In this document: piece by piece, positions 37,057-50,029 of the stretch
How the letters are laid out: every line of letters begins with the position of its first letter
Position numbering within the stretch: position 1 is the stretch's first letter
NCBI GenBank assembly: GCA_050015075.1
Contig: JBEKCB010000001.1
Coordinates: forward strand, 194,847 to 258,846
Length of the DNA: 64,000 bases
Reading direction: 5' to 3'
From: Candidatus Brocadiia bacterium
GTDB taxonomy: Bacteria; Planctomycetota; Brocadiia; CAIUPP01
Notes under the pieces: generated by a model
Database searches by the model: none
Told to the model about the DNA's origin: nothing
The model's input: only the letters and a program-made list of their open reading frames with translations
Translations under genes and position numbers: made by a program

Positions 37057-37866
37057 ATGCGAAGTCCCGGGTTACTGCAACCCTTCACGCGTTCGGGAAA
37101 CAGCATCCACCTGAAGGTCATCGCCTGCGAAGTCGCGGCGCGGGAATTTTTCCACTGCGCGGCGCGCTCCGTCAACACGATGGACATCACGCTCAAGCCG
37201 CAGGGCCTGCACGACAGCTCCGACGCCTGCCGCAAGGAGCTGCAGCCGCTGATTGACGCGGTGGACCCGAAGGAATACGCCGCGCTCTTCCTCGGATACG
37301 GGCTGTGCAACAACGCCACCGTCGGCCTCCGCGCCGGGCGCGTGCGGCTGGTCATCCCGCGCGCGCACGACTGCATCACGTTCTTCCTCGGCAGCAAGGA
37401 GCGCTACGCGCGCATCTTCACGCGGCGGCCCGGCACCTATTATTACACCGCCGGCTGGGTGGACGTCCACGAACGCGGCGGCGAGCACGCGACGTTCGAC
37501 CAGAAGTCCGGCCTCGCCAAACACATGGCGTACCAGGAGCTCCTGGAGAAGTACGGCGAGGAGAACGCGAAGTATCTCTTCGACTCGATGTCCTCCTGGG
37601 AGGCGCACTACACGCACGGCGCGCTGATCCAGTACCCGTTCACGCGGCATCTGGGGCTCGAGGAGAAGGTCCGCGCGATCTGCGCGGAGAAGAAGTGGGA
37701 ATACGAGGAGATCCGCGGCAGCCTGAAGCTGATCCAGGACGGCCTCGACGGCAAGTGGGACGCCGGGCGCTTCCTGGTGGTCGAACCCGGCCAGGAGATC
37801 AAGGCGCGGTACGATGAGTCCATCATCGAGTGCGCCGGCTGCCCGGGCGTTCAGCCGGCCGTATGA
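37057..37866 (+). CDS. DUF1638 domain-containing protein
   Basis: IACEV, GLHD, GYGLCNN, PRAHDCI, GTYYYTAGW. Confidence 0.8.
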   Translation: MRSPGLLQPFTRSGNSIHLKVIACEVAAREFFHCAARSVNTMDITLKPQGLHDSSDACRKELQPLIDAVDPKEYAALFLGYGLCNNATVGLRAGRVRLVIPRAHDCITFFLGSKERYARIFTRRPGTYYYTAGWVDVHERGGEHATFDQKSGLAKHMAYQELLEKYGEENAKYLFDSMSSWEAHYTHGALIQYPFTRHLGLEEKVRAICAEKKWEYEEIRGSLKLIQDGLDGKWDAGRFLVVEPGQEIKARYDESIIECAGCPGVQPAV

Positions 37867-37976
37867 GGGCAAGCCGGCGCCCGCGTTAGGCTTCAGATGC
37901 TGAATTTGGGTGCCGGTCGCGCGGCGGCGGCGTTACGAGCGCCGGCTCGAGCATCACGCCTCGACAAGCTCACTCC

Positions 37977-38006
37977 TGTAAACATCCGCACCCCGCCGGC
38001 GTTTAC
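37977..38006 (+). promoter_or_regulatory. Candidate ECF-type promoter upstream of the ECF sigma gene
   Basis: TGTAAAC-N16-CGTTTAC. Confidence 0.35.
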
Positions 38007-38059
38007 TATGTTGAGAGGAGTGGACTAGTCCGTTTCGGGCCACCTACGAGGGTCGCCGA

Positions 38060-38587
38060 ATGAGTTCGGGCACCGACGACTACGACAGTCTCATACAGCC
38101 GATCGCGGGGGCGCTGATGAAATCGGTGTATCGGGTTCTGCAGGACTCGCATGACGCCGAAGACGCTTTCCAGGAGGGGCTTGCGAAGGCGTGGATCAAC
38201 CTCGAGAAGATTCGCCGGCACCCGAACCCGCACGCGCTCATTCTTCGGATCTTCGCGAACGTCGCGTATGACGCATTGCGGAAGCGAATCCGCCGAATGA
38301 GAAGGGAAGACGCCAAGCCGGTCTCGGAATCCCAGGGCCGGAGCGTTGAGTCGCCGCCCTGCCCTGTTGACCGCGCGCGCGTGCTGGAGGCGATGGCCAG
38401 GCTGCCCCGTCGCCAGGCCGAGGTGCTGCTGATGCGCGTGGTTCAGGAACAATCGTACGAGGCCATTGCAAAGGCCCTCGGCTGCAGCGAGGCGACCGCC
38501 CGCACACATGCGCTGCGCGGACGCGCGAAGCTGTCTGAGGCGCTCGCCGACATGAACCCCAATACGAGAGTGGAGGTGCAGTCATGA
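38060..38587 (+). CDS. ECF RNA polymerase sigma factor
   Basis: DAEDAFQE region 2; LPRRQAEV...SYEAIAKALGCSEATAR region 4. Confidence 0.9.
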   Translation: MSSGTDDYDSLIQPIAGALMKSVYRVLQDSHDAEDAFQEGLAKAWINLEKIRRHPNPHALILRIFANVAYDALRKRIRRMRREDAKPVSESQGRSVESPPCPVDRARVLEAMARLPRRQAEVLLMRVVQEQSYEAIAKALGCSEATARTHALRGRAKLSEALADMNPNTRVEVQS

Positions 38588-40401
38588 ACAGCTATGCCGG
38601 ACAGGATTTCGACGTGGACGCCTTGCTGAGACAGGCGACGTCCGCGACTCTTCCGGAGCAGACCGAAGCGCGGCTGCAGAAACAGCTGGACGATTTCCGC
38701 AAACGCATGGCTCAGCGCCAGGAAAGCGGCCGGTTTGCGGATTGGTTCAAGACCCTTCCGCGCTGGGCGGCGGTGGCGGTCGCCGCGCCTGCCTTGATCC
38801 TGATTGTAGTCGGGATGATCTACGCGATGAGCAGCCGCGTTGCGTTCGCTGAGGTCTTGGAACGGTTCGGGGCGGTCCGGACGATAAGGTTTGCGATGAC
38901 CTTTGAATCCGGTGGGATTCCCACGGCACCCATCCCGGTGTCCGTACTGGAGCCCGGCAAGGTACGGGAACTGCTGCCAGCGGGCATGACGATGGTTACC
39001 GACATGGCCGAGGGGAAGTCGCTCCTGCTCGATTCCACGCACAAGTCGGCCGTCACGATCAATCGTGGGGCATCGGAGAAACTCGGCCCCGAGGACTACG
39101 TCGAACGGCTGCGACGGGCGAAGGCCGGCTCCGAAGAGAAGCTGGGCGAGCGCGAAATGGACGGGCACAAGGTCTGTGGTTTCCGGATGAGCCGAGAAGG
39201 GCTGACGTACACTATCTGGGCCGATGTGCGGACAGAACTGCCCGTGCGCGTGGTTGTCGCCGGGGCCGCTCTCGGCCAAGGCGGCTCCCTCATGCTAAGC
39301 GAGTTTGTCTATAACGAGCCCATTAATGCGTCGCTGTTCAGCCTGACCCCGCCGGACGGTTATTCGGTGCAGCAATCGAACATAGCGCCGGCGGCAACGC
39401 CTGCGGAGGCGGACGTGGTCGCGGCTTTGCGAAACTGCGCCAAGCTCATGCGCGGCGAGTTCCTTCCCGACTTGAGCTTGCCGGCGTTCGGCCGGCAGCT
39501 TGAATCGCAGTATGGCCCACAAGTTGCGCTCACGGCCGAGATGGTTGATGCCGCCGCGAGCGTCATGCGCGCGGCCGCGTTTGTGCAAGGCCTGAACCCG
39601 GAAAACGACTGGCACTACACAGGCGCGGACGTGAAACTCGGCGACGCGTCGGAGCCGGTTTGCTGGTGGAAGCCGAGCGGCACATTCAAGTACCGCGTAA
39701 TCTATGGCGACCTCTCGATACGAGACGAAACTACCGCCCCGCCGGCGCCGCCGCCGGAGAAGCCACTGACGATTTCGACCGCCGAAGAGCAACTGTCGCT
39801 GAAGCCGTCCAATAGCGCGAGCGGAAGCAGTTGGATGCAGCCGAAGGCCGGACGGATAGATGCGGTCGGAGTGAGCCTCAAGAGGCTCTTCGGCATGGCG
39901 TATGAAGTGGACGATCGGAACGTCATTATAAATGCCCCGCTTCCGCGCGGAGCATACGACTTGACCGTGCGCGTTCCGGAAGACCGCGCTGGAACCGTCA
40001 ACGCCTTGATACGGAAGGCGCTTGAGGCCAGGTTCAAGTACGCCGTGCGGTATGAAACGCGCAACGAGATCGGATACACGATTACCTGTCCCAAAGGGCC
40101 GGGACCCGGTTTGCGCAAGTTCGAAGCGGCCAATAAAGCTCGACAGAACTGCGCGATCACTTACGGTAAGATGGAAGCTGTCGGCCAGACAATTCAGATC
40201 CTGTCGGCGCTCGAAGGGTGGCTGAATGCTCCCGTGGTGGAAAAGACCGGGCTTGCGGGCGAATATGACTTCACGCTCACATGGGACCAAAGTAATGCTC
40301 CGGAGTCCATCGTGGCGGCGTTGCGCGACCAGTTGGGCCTCGATGTCTCCAAGGGCACGATGCCAGCCAAGACACTTATCATTGACTCGCCTGAGAAGTG
40401 A
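38584..40401 (+). CDS. Putative membrane anti-sigma factor with LolA-like and TIGR03435-like periplasmic domains
   Basis: ATGA coupling to sigma; one TM; IWADVRTELPVR...LFSLTPPDGY; PVVEKTGLAGEYDFTLTW...QLGL. Confidence 0.7.
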   Translation: MNSYAGQDFDVDALLRQATSATLPEQTEARLQKQLDDFRKRMAQRQESGRFADWFKTLPRWAAVAVAAPALILIVVGMIYAMSSRVAFAEVLERFGAVRTIRFAMTFESGGIPTAPIPVSVLEPGKVRELLPAGMTMVTDMAEGKSLLLDSTHKSAVTINRGASEKLGPEDYVERLRRAKAGSEEKLGEREMDGHKVCGFRMSREGLTYTIWADVRTELPVRVVVAGAALGQGGSLMLSEFVYNEPINASLFSLTPPDGYSVQQSNIAPAATPAEADVVAALRNCAKLMRGEFLPDLSLPAFGRQLESQYGPQVALTAEMVDAAASVMRAAAFVQGLNPENDWHYTGADVKLGDASEPVCWWKPSGTFKYRVIYGDLSIRDETTAPPAPPPEKPLTISTAEEQLSLKPSNSASGSSWMQPKAGRIDAVGVSLKRLFGMAYEVDDRNVIINAPLPRGAYDLTVRVPEDRAGTVNALIRKALEARFKYAVRYETRNEIGYTITCPKGPGPGLRKFEAANKARQNCAITYGKMEAVGQTIQILSALEGWLNAPVVEKTGLAGEYDFTLTWDQSNAPESIVAALRDQLGLDVSKGTMPAKTLIIDSPEK

Positions 40402-40423
40402 CAGAGAAGCGGCGATAACGCAT

Positions 40424-40458
40424 AAGGCCCGCCGATGGTCTCGGTGGGCCTTTGCTTT
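40424..40458. terminator. Terminator hairpin between convergent genes
   Basis: aaggcccgccga-tggtc-tcggtgggcctt followed by tgcttt. Confidence 0.65.
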
Positions 40459-40479
40459 GCGCGCAAATTCAGACGCCGC

Positions 40480-43339
<2,860 letters not shown>

Positions 43340-43342
43340 GGA

Positions 43343-44443
43343 TCAGTCCTGAACGATCGGCATAATGAGATAGACGTAATCCGGCCCGACGCGCATGACG
43401 GCCGGGCGGCCCGGGTCTTTCATCTCCAGCCGGATCCGTTCCTTGCCGATGGCCTTCAGGCCGTCCAGGAGAAACTCGGGGCTGAAGCGCATTTCGATCG
43501 GGGCGCCTTCATACTTGACGTCGATCGTGACGTGCGCCTCGCCGAGTTCCGGATCGTTGGACTCGATCGTCAGCGAGCCGGAGGCGAACTTCAGCCAGAT
43601 CGTCCGCGAGCCGGACATCGTCAGCACGGACGCCTGCCGGATCGCATCGCTGAGTTCCTCAGCTTCGATCTCCAGCTTTTTGTCGCAGTCGTCCGGGATC
43701 ACTTCTTTGTACGGCGGGAAGCGCCCGTCCACCAGTTGCGCCACCAGCACGCCGCGCTCGCTGCGGATGAGCGCCTGCCGTTCGGAGATCAGAATCTTGA
43801 CGATCTCCTCGCCGCTGATCATCTTCAGGACTTCCTGCAGCGCCTTCACCGAGATGATCGCCGACGACGCGAACGGCGCCGGCGAATTCGCCTTCCGTCG
43901 GATCACGGCGAGCCGGTGCCCGTCCGTTCCGACCATCTCGATTTTCGCCGCCTTCTCCTTCGTGACGAGCAGCACGCCGTTCAGAGCATACCGCTGCTTC
44001 TCAAGCGACACGGCGAAGATGGTCTTCTCAGTCATCTCCCTGAGGACCGCCGCTTCGAGTTCGAGCGCGTTGCCTTCCGGAAAATCGGGGATGGTCGGAA
44101 ATTCTTCTTCCGACAGTCCCATGACTTGGAACCGGCTGCCTTTTCCCTGGACGAGCATTCCCAATTCCTTGACCTGCAACGTCAGCCTCTCATCCGGCGA
44201 CTCATTCACGATGCCGACCAGCGGCTCCACGGGGACAACGATGCCGCCGGCGGATTTGACTTCGACGTCCCGTACGAAATACTTGATCCCGACCTCGAGA
44301 TCGGTCGCGGAGAGTTCGAGCATATCTCCGACCACTCGAAGATGAATGTCTTTCAGAATCGGCTTGATGTTCCGCGGATCCACAACGCCCTGGACGACTC
44401 GGAGAGCCTCTCGCAACTCCGTCCGTGAACATGAGACATTCAT
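43343..44443 (-). CDS. dnaN: DNA polymerase III beta sliding clamp
   Basis: ATDLEV, RYALNGV, GTDGHRLA, GRFPPY, YLIMP. Confidence 0.97.
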   Translation of the reverse strand: MNVSCSRTELREALRVVQGVVDPRNIKPILKDIHLRVVGDMLELSATDLEVGIKYFVRDVEVKSAGGIVVPVEPLVGIVNESPDERLTLQVKELGMLVQGKGSRFQVMGLSEEEFPTIPDFPEGNALELEAAVLREMTEKTIFAVSLEKQRYALNGVLLVTKEKAAKIEMVGTDGHRLAVIRRKANSPAPFASSAIISVKALQEVLKMISGEEIVKILISERQALIRSERGVLVAQLVDGRFPPYKEVIPDDCDKKLEIEAEELSDAIRQASVLTMSGSRTIWLKFASGSLTIESNDPELGEAHVTIDVKYEGAPIEMRFSPEFLLDGLKAIGKERIRLEMKDPGRPAVMRVGPDYVYLIMPIVQD

Positions 44444-44714
44444 TTAAGCCCCTCCCGAAGGACGGTGAATGGATATGTATGGTTAAATTGTATCAAATTC
44501 CATCTATAATCATCAAGGCGGTTAATTTGTGGAGCCGCCACGTGCCGTTTTGATAAGTCCTTTACGTCAAGGCACTTCGGACAACGATGGCTCTGTGCAT
44601 AACTGTTACCGTATTGTGGATAACTTATTCGGTACTCCTGCGCATCGTTCTCAAGACAACCAGCCTTCACGCGTGTCCTTCTCATCGGGGAAGTTATGCA
44701 CAAAGCATCCACAG
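44444..44714. promoter_or_regulatory. Putative chromosomal origin oriC
   Basis: DnaA boxes TGTGCATAA 44594, TGTGGATAA 44615 (consensus), TTATGCACA 44694, GCATCCACA 44705; AT-rich stretch ~44468-44530; between dnaA and dnaN. Confidence 0.8.
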
Positions 44715-46097
44715 TCATCTATCCGTTACAGCACCGGTAGCTGACCGGCGTCCCGCGGCCGGCGCGCGCAAGTCGTGCTTGAGCGCTTCAAGCGCGTGCG
44801 AAAGGGCGGTGTCCTGTTCAAGCGATGAGGCGATTTTCGCCTCCGCGTGCAGCACTGTACTATGGTCGCGACCGCCGAAATAGCCGCCGATCTCCTCGAG
44901 CGAAAGAGGCGTCAGCGCGCGGGCGAGGTACATGCAAATCTGCCGCGGCAGCACGATGGACCGCGTCCGCTTCCGCGACTGGAGATCCGACACACGCACA
45001 TTATACCGAGTCGTGACGACGCGCAAAATATCCTCGACCGTCACGGCCGGCCCGGGCCTCGGCGGCTCCTGCAGCGCGGCGCGCGCCATGTCGAGCGTGA
45101 TCTGCTGCTTCAAGAGCGAGGCGTAGCCGACGACCTTGGTGATCGCGCCGTCCAGTTCGCGGATGTTCGTCGTGATGACCGTCGCGATGTAGTCAATGAC
45201 CTCTTCGGGCACGGTCACCTCGCGGAGTTCCGCCTTGCGATTGAGAATGGCCACGCGCATCTCGTAGCTCGGGGGGTCCATGCGCGCGACGAGACCGCTC
45301 TTGAACCGCGACATCAGCCGTTCCTGCAAGCCGCTGATCTCCTGCGGCGGCTGATCGCTCGAGACCACGATCTGTTTCTCGGCGTTGTAGAGGTCGTTGA
45401 ACGTGTGGAAGAATTCCTCCTGGCTGCGCTCGGCGCGCGAGAGGAACTGGATGTCGTCAATGAAGAGGAACTCGAGCTGGCGATAGCGCGCGCGGAAGGC
45501 GGGCAGTTCATTGCGCTGAATGGCCGAGATGAACTCGTTGACGAAGGTCTCGCAGGAAAGGTACGCGATGCGCTGCGCGGGATACTTCGGCAGGCTCGCG
45601 TGGCAGATCGCCTGCAGGAGGTGCGACTTGCCCAGCCCGACCGATCCGTAAACGAACAGCGGATTGTACGTCCGGCCCGGCGATTCGCAGACCGCCAGGG
45701 CCGCCGCGTGCGCCAGTTGGTTCGACGGGCCGACGACGAACTTCTCGAATGTGTAATGCTCGTTCAGCCGCAGCCCGATCGGCCTGGGCGCCGTCGGCCG
45801 CGGCGCAGCCTCGATCCCGTCCTCGGAAACGGTCGCCTGGACGTTCGGGTCGAGCGTGAACGTGATCTTCGGCCGGCATCCAGCCACTTCAGCCACGGCC
45901 TCGTCAATGGTCTTGAGGTAGTTCTGCGCCAGCCACTCCTTGAAGAAGTTGTTCGGCACGCGGATGTTGAGTTCTTCGGGAGTGAACGACTGCGTCTTGA
46001 GGTTCCGGAACCAGGTCGCAAATTGCTGGGAGCTGACGCGTTTGCGGATGGACTCGAGGATGTCCGTCCACGCGGTCGCGGTGGCGAGCACGTCCAT
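44715..46097 (-). CDS. dnaA: Chromosomal replication initiator DnaA
   Basis: YTFEKFVVG, YNPLF, GSVGLGKSH, IDDIQF, QEEFFHTFN, NIRELDG, GRDHSTV. Confidence 0.97.
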   Translation of the reverse strand: MDVLATATAWTDILESIRKRVSSQQFATWFRNLKTQSFTPEELNIRVPNNFFKEWLAQNYLKTIDEAVAEVAGCRPKITFTLDPNVQATVSEDGIEAAPRPTAPRPIGLRLNEHYTFEKFVVGPSNQLAHAAALAVCESPGRTYNPLFVYGSVGLGKSHLLQAICHASLPKYPAQRIAYLSCETFVNEFISAIQRNELPAFRARYRQLEFLFIDDIQFLSRAERSQEEFFHTFNDLYNAEKQIVVSSDQPPQEISGLQERLMSRFKSGLVARMDPPSYEMRVAILNRKAELREVTVPEEVIDYIATVITTNIRELDGAITKVVGYASLLKQQITLDMARAALQEPPRPGPAVTVEDILRVVTTRYNVRVSDLQSRKRTRSIVLPRQICMYLARALTPLSLEEIGGYFGGRDHSTVLHAEAKIASSLEQDTALSHALEALKHDLRAPAAGRRSATGAVTDR

Positions 46098-46396
46098 GGG
46101 TGCAATCCTCCGTGCGCCCGCGCCCGTCCGCAGCATGCGGTGCGGCCGAGCCGGCGCTTCGTTCAGGCAGCGCGCGCCTCTCCCGGACGGGAGGCACGGA
46201 GACGGCGTTTCAGGCGATCTATGATGCAGGGCCTGGTGGCCCGGGAAGGCGTCATCAATCTTCCGCGCGCTGCAACCTGTGCGAGGAGGTATGTTAGCTG
46301 CCGCTTCAGGCGCTGTCAACAAAAAATTAGGGAAATTCACGGGCGCCGGGTTTCGCGGCCGCGCGAATGGCGCTTTTCCGGGCACATTTGGTATAA

Positions 46397-47782
<1,386 letters not shown>

Positions 47783-47816
47783 TGTGGCGTTTCAAAAACA
47801 GGTTCCGTCATACGCA

Positions 47817-47902
47817 GTCATTCCGAGCAACGCGAGGAATCTCATGCGCAGCGTGCGGCAACGGTTTGTGGTATGAGACCCTTCGCTGCGCCCAGGGTGA
47901 CG
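47817..47902. repeat. Dispersed hairpin element family B, copy 2
   Basis: Homologous to 16181-16267; GTCA...TGAC ends. Confidence 0.85.
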
Positions 47903-47945
47903 TAGTCCGGACTTATGCGCGTTTTTAAATTGTGGATTCGCGGAC

Positions 47946-48446
47946 ATGGCCAATGCTGAGAGCGCCGGCGGGCGCGATGACGCGGCCGCCGCAGGGCGCT
48001 CGGACCGGCGCTTCTTCGCGGTCGCGTTGTGGCTCTGCGCGGCGGGCGCGGCCATTCTGCTCCTCTGCCCAGCGGCGTTCAACCGGCGGGTGCTGACGTT
48101 GCAGGCCGAGCATGCCGAGGCGGAAGCGCGGCGCCAGTTCACGCGCAACGCCGGCCTCGAACGCCGGCGGGACGCGCTCGAGTCCGATCCCTCCGTCATC
48201 GAGCGGGAAGCGCGCAACAACGGCTACGGCCGCGCCGCCGAAAAGCCTTATCCGATCACCGCCGCCGAGTGGAAAGCCGCGCGCGCCCGCCTCACCGGGG
48301 CGGCCCCGGCCGGCCGCGAGATCTCCGCCGAGCCGTCGGCGGTCAGCCAGGCGATCCTGCCGACGCTGATGCTCATCATCGTCGGCGCGGTCGCCGTCCT
48401 TTTCTTCTGCGACCTCAAAGTGCCTGAGCCGGGAGTCCGACGATGA
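47946..48446 (+). CDS. FtsB/DivIC-like septum formation initiator with extra C-terminal TM helix
   Basis: TM, coiled coil, LESDPSVIEREARNNGYGRAAE; downstream of eno. Confidence 0.65.
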   Translation: MANAESAGGRDDAAAAGRSDRRFFAVALWLCAAGAAILLLCPAAFNRRVLTLQAEHAEAEARRQFTRNAGLERRRDALESDPSVIEREARNNGYGRAAEKPYPITAAEWKAARARLTGAAPAGREISAEPSAVSQAILPTLMLIIVGAVAVLFFCDLKVPEPGVRR

Positions 48447-48697
48447 AGCGCCGCAGCACCTACCGCGAGAAGATGATCCGCAATTATTACGAGAACCGCG
48501 AGGACCTCATGATCCAGTCGCTCAGCGAGGTCGTCTCGGAGTTGTACCTCGCCTCGAACGACCGCGCCCGCGCCGGGCTCTGGCGGCGGGCCGAGACGGC
48601 GATGCGGAACCTGAAGGTCGCCGAGGCCGAGGTCGCGCGCATCCTCCAGAACCACGACCTCGGCGCGCTGGCCAAGCTCGTCAGCCGGGAATTCTGA
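48443..48697 (+). CDS. Hypothetical protein
   Basis: 84-aa ORF, ATGA overlap, host-like codon usage. Confidence 0.75.
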   Translation: MKRRSTYREKMIRNYYENREDLMIQSLSEVVSELYLASNDRARAGLWRRAETAMRNLKVAEAEVARILQNHDLGALAKLVSREF

Positions 48698-48701
48698 ACG
48701 G

Positions 48702-49733
48702 ATGGGCGCCATGGGCTCGTCTCGCAACGCGCTCCGACGGACTTGGCAGAAGGGGCTGTGGAAACTCGGCTTCCATCGCGCGCTGCCGGACCGGCCCTCG
48801 ACGCTGATGGTCGAGCCGACCAACGTCTGCAACCTGCATTGCCCCGCCTGCCCGACCGGCGCCGGAATCCTCAACCGCCCGCCGCGCGCGATGAGCTTCG
48901 ATGAATTCAGGAACATCCTCGACCAGGCGCTCGACCCGCCCGGCTACCTGCGCCGCGTCACGCTCTTCAACTACGGCGAGCCGTTCCTCTGCAAGGACCT
49001 GCTGCGCATGGTCCGCTGCGCGGCCGACCGCGGGCTGGAAACCTTCACGAGCACCAACGGCCAGTTCTTCGGCGACGAGAAGACTGCCGGCGAGGTCGTC
49101 GCGAGCGGCCTGACTGAACTGCTGGTCTGCCTCGACGGCGCCGACCAGGAAACCATCAGCCGCTATCGCAAGGACGCGAATTTCGACGGGATCCTCTCCG
49201 GCATCCGCCGCATTCTGGCCGCGCGCGCGAAGGCGGGCGTGTCCGCGCCGATCGTCGAGTTGCAGTTCATCGTCATGAAGCACAATGAAAGCCAGGTCGA
49301 GCGCATGCGGAGCATCGCGGCCGACCTCGGCGTGGACCGGTTCATCGTCAAGACCGTCGGCATCAGCCCCGCAATGCCCGGCTTCGAGCGCCTGGCCGAG
49401 GAACTGCTTCCGGCCAATCTCGCCGACAGCCGGTACGAGCGGCGCGCCGATGGCTCGTTCGCGCTTAAAGGCGAACCGGGCTGCGGGTGCGAGTACGTCT
49501 TCAGCACCCTCGTCGTCAACTCGAACGGCGACGTCGTCCCGTGTTGCTACGACATCCACTCCGAGCACGTCATGGGTAACCTCTTCCGGCAGCCGCTGGA
49601 CGAAATCTGGCTGGGCGAAAAGTTCCGCGACTTCCGCCGCCGGGTCAGCGAGCGCCGGGAAAATGTGCCGATCTGCCGCCATTGTCCCGAGGGGCGCGTG
49701 GCAATCCGGAAAGAGGAGAAGGTATCGCCGTAA
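48702..49733 (+). CDS. Radical SAM protein with SPASM/Twitch domain
   Basis: CNLHCPAC, YGEPFL, STNG; C-terminal C...NGDVVPCC...GN...W...CRHC. Confidence 0.9.
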   Translation: MGAMGSSRNALRRTWQKGLWKLGFHRALPDRPSTLMVEPTNVCNLHCPACPTGAGILNRPPRAMSFDEFRNILDQALDPPGYLRRVTLFNYGEPFLCKDLLRMVRCAADRGLETFTSTNGQFFGDEKTAGEVVASGLTELLVCLDGADQETISRYRKDANFDGILSGIRRILAARAKAGVSAPIVELQFIVMKHNESQVERMRSIAADLGVDRFIVKTVGISPAMPGFERLAEELLPANLADSRYERRADGSFALKGEPGCGCEYVFSTLVVNSNGDVVPCCYDIHSEHVMGNLFRQPLDEIWLGEKFRDFRRRVSERRENVPICRHCPEGRVAIRKEEKVSP

Positions 49734-49751
49734 AATCGAAAGGATAGAACA

Positions 49752-50009
49752 ATGTGGCGAGGCGTTTTGGCGGCCTTGATCTGCGTAATGCTGGTCGCTC
49801 TTGCCGTATGTATTTTCGGCTGGCTTTGGGGCACCATCTGCGCGGTTTTTCTGGGCCTTCTTGGACTTTGGTGGCTCGCGATGGTGCTGGAGGAGAAGAT
49901 CGGGTTCATGGATTTGCATAAGAGCACGGTCGGGGAAAGGCTCACCGCGATCGAGGACCGTCTTAGCGCGATTGAGGCGCGGATGAAGCCGCCGGAATCG
50001 GAAAAGTAA
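49752..50009 (+). CDS. Small membrane protein with C-terminal coiled coil
   Basis: Two TM segments, ERLTAIEDRLSAIEAR; RBS AAGGA. Confidence 0.6.
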   Translation: MWRGVLAALICVMLVALAVCIFGWLWGTICAVFLGLLGLWWLAMVLEEKIGFMDLHKSTVGERLTAIEDRLSAIEARMKPPESEK

Positions 50010-50029
50010 ACCGCAAGGAGAGGTCAACC

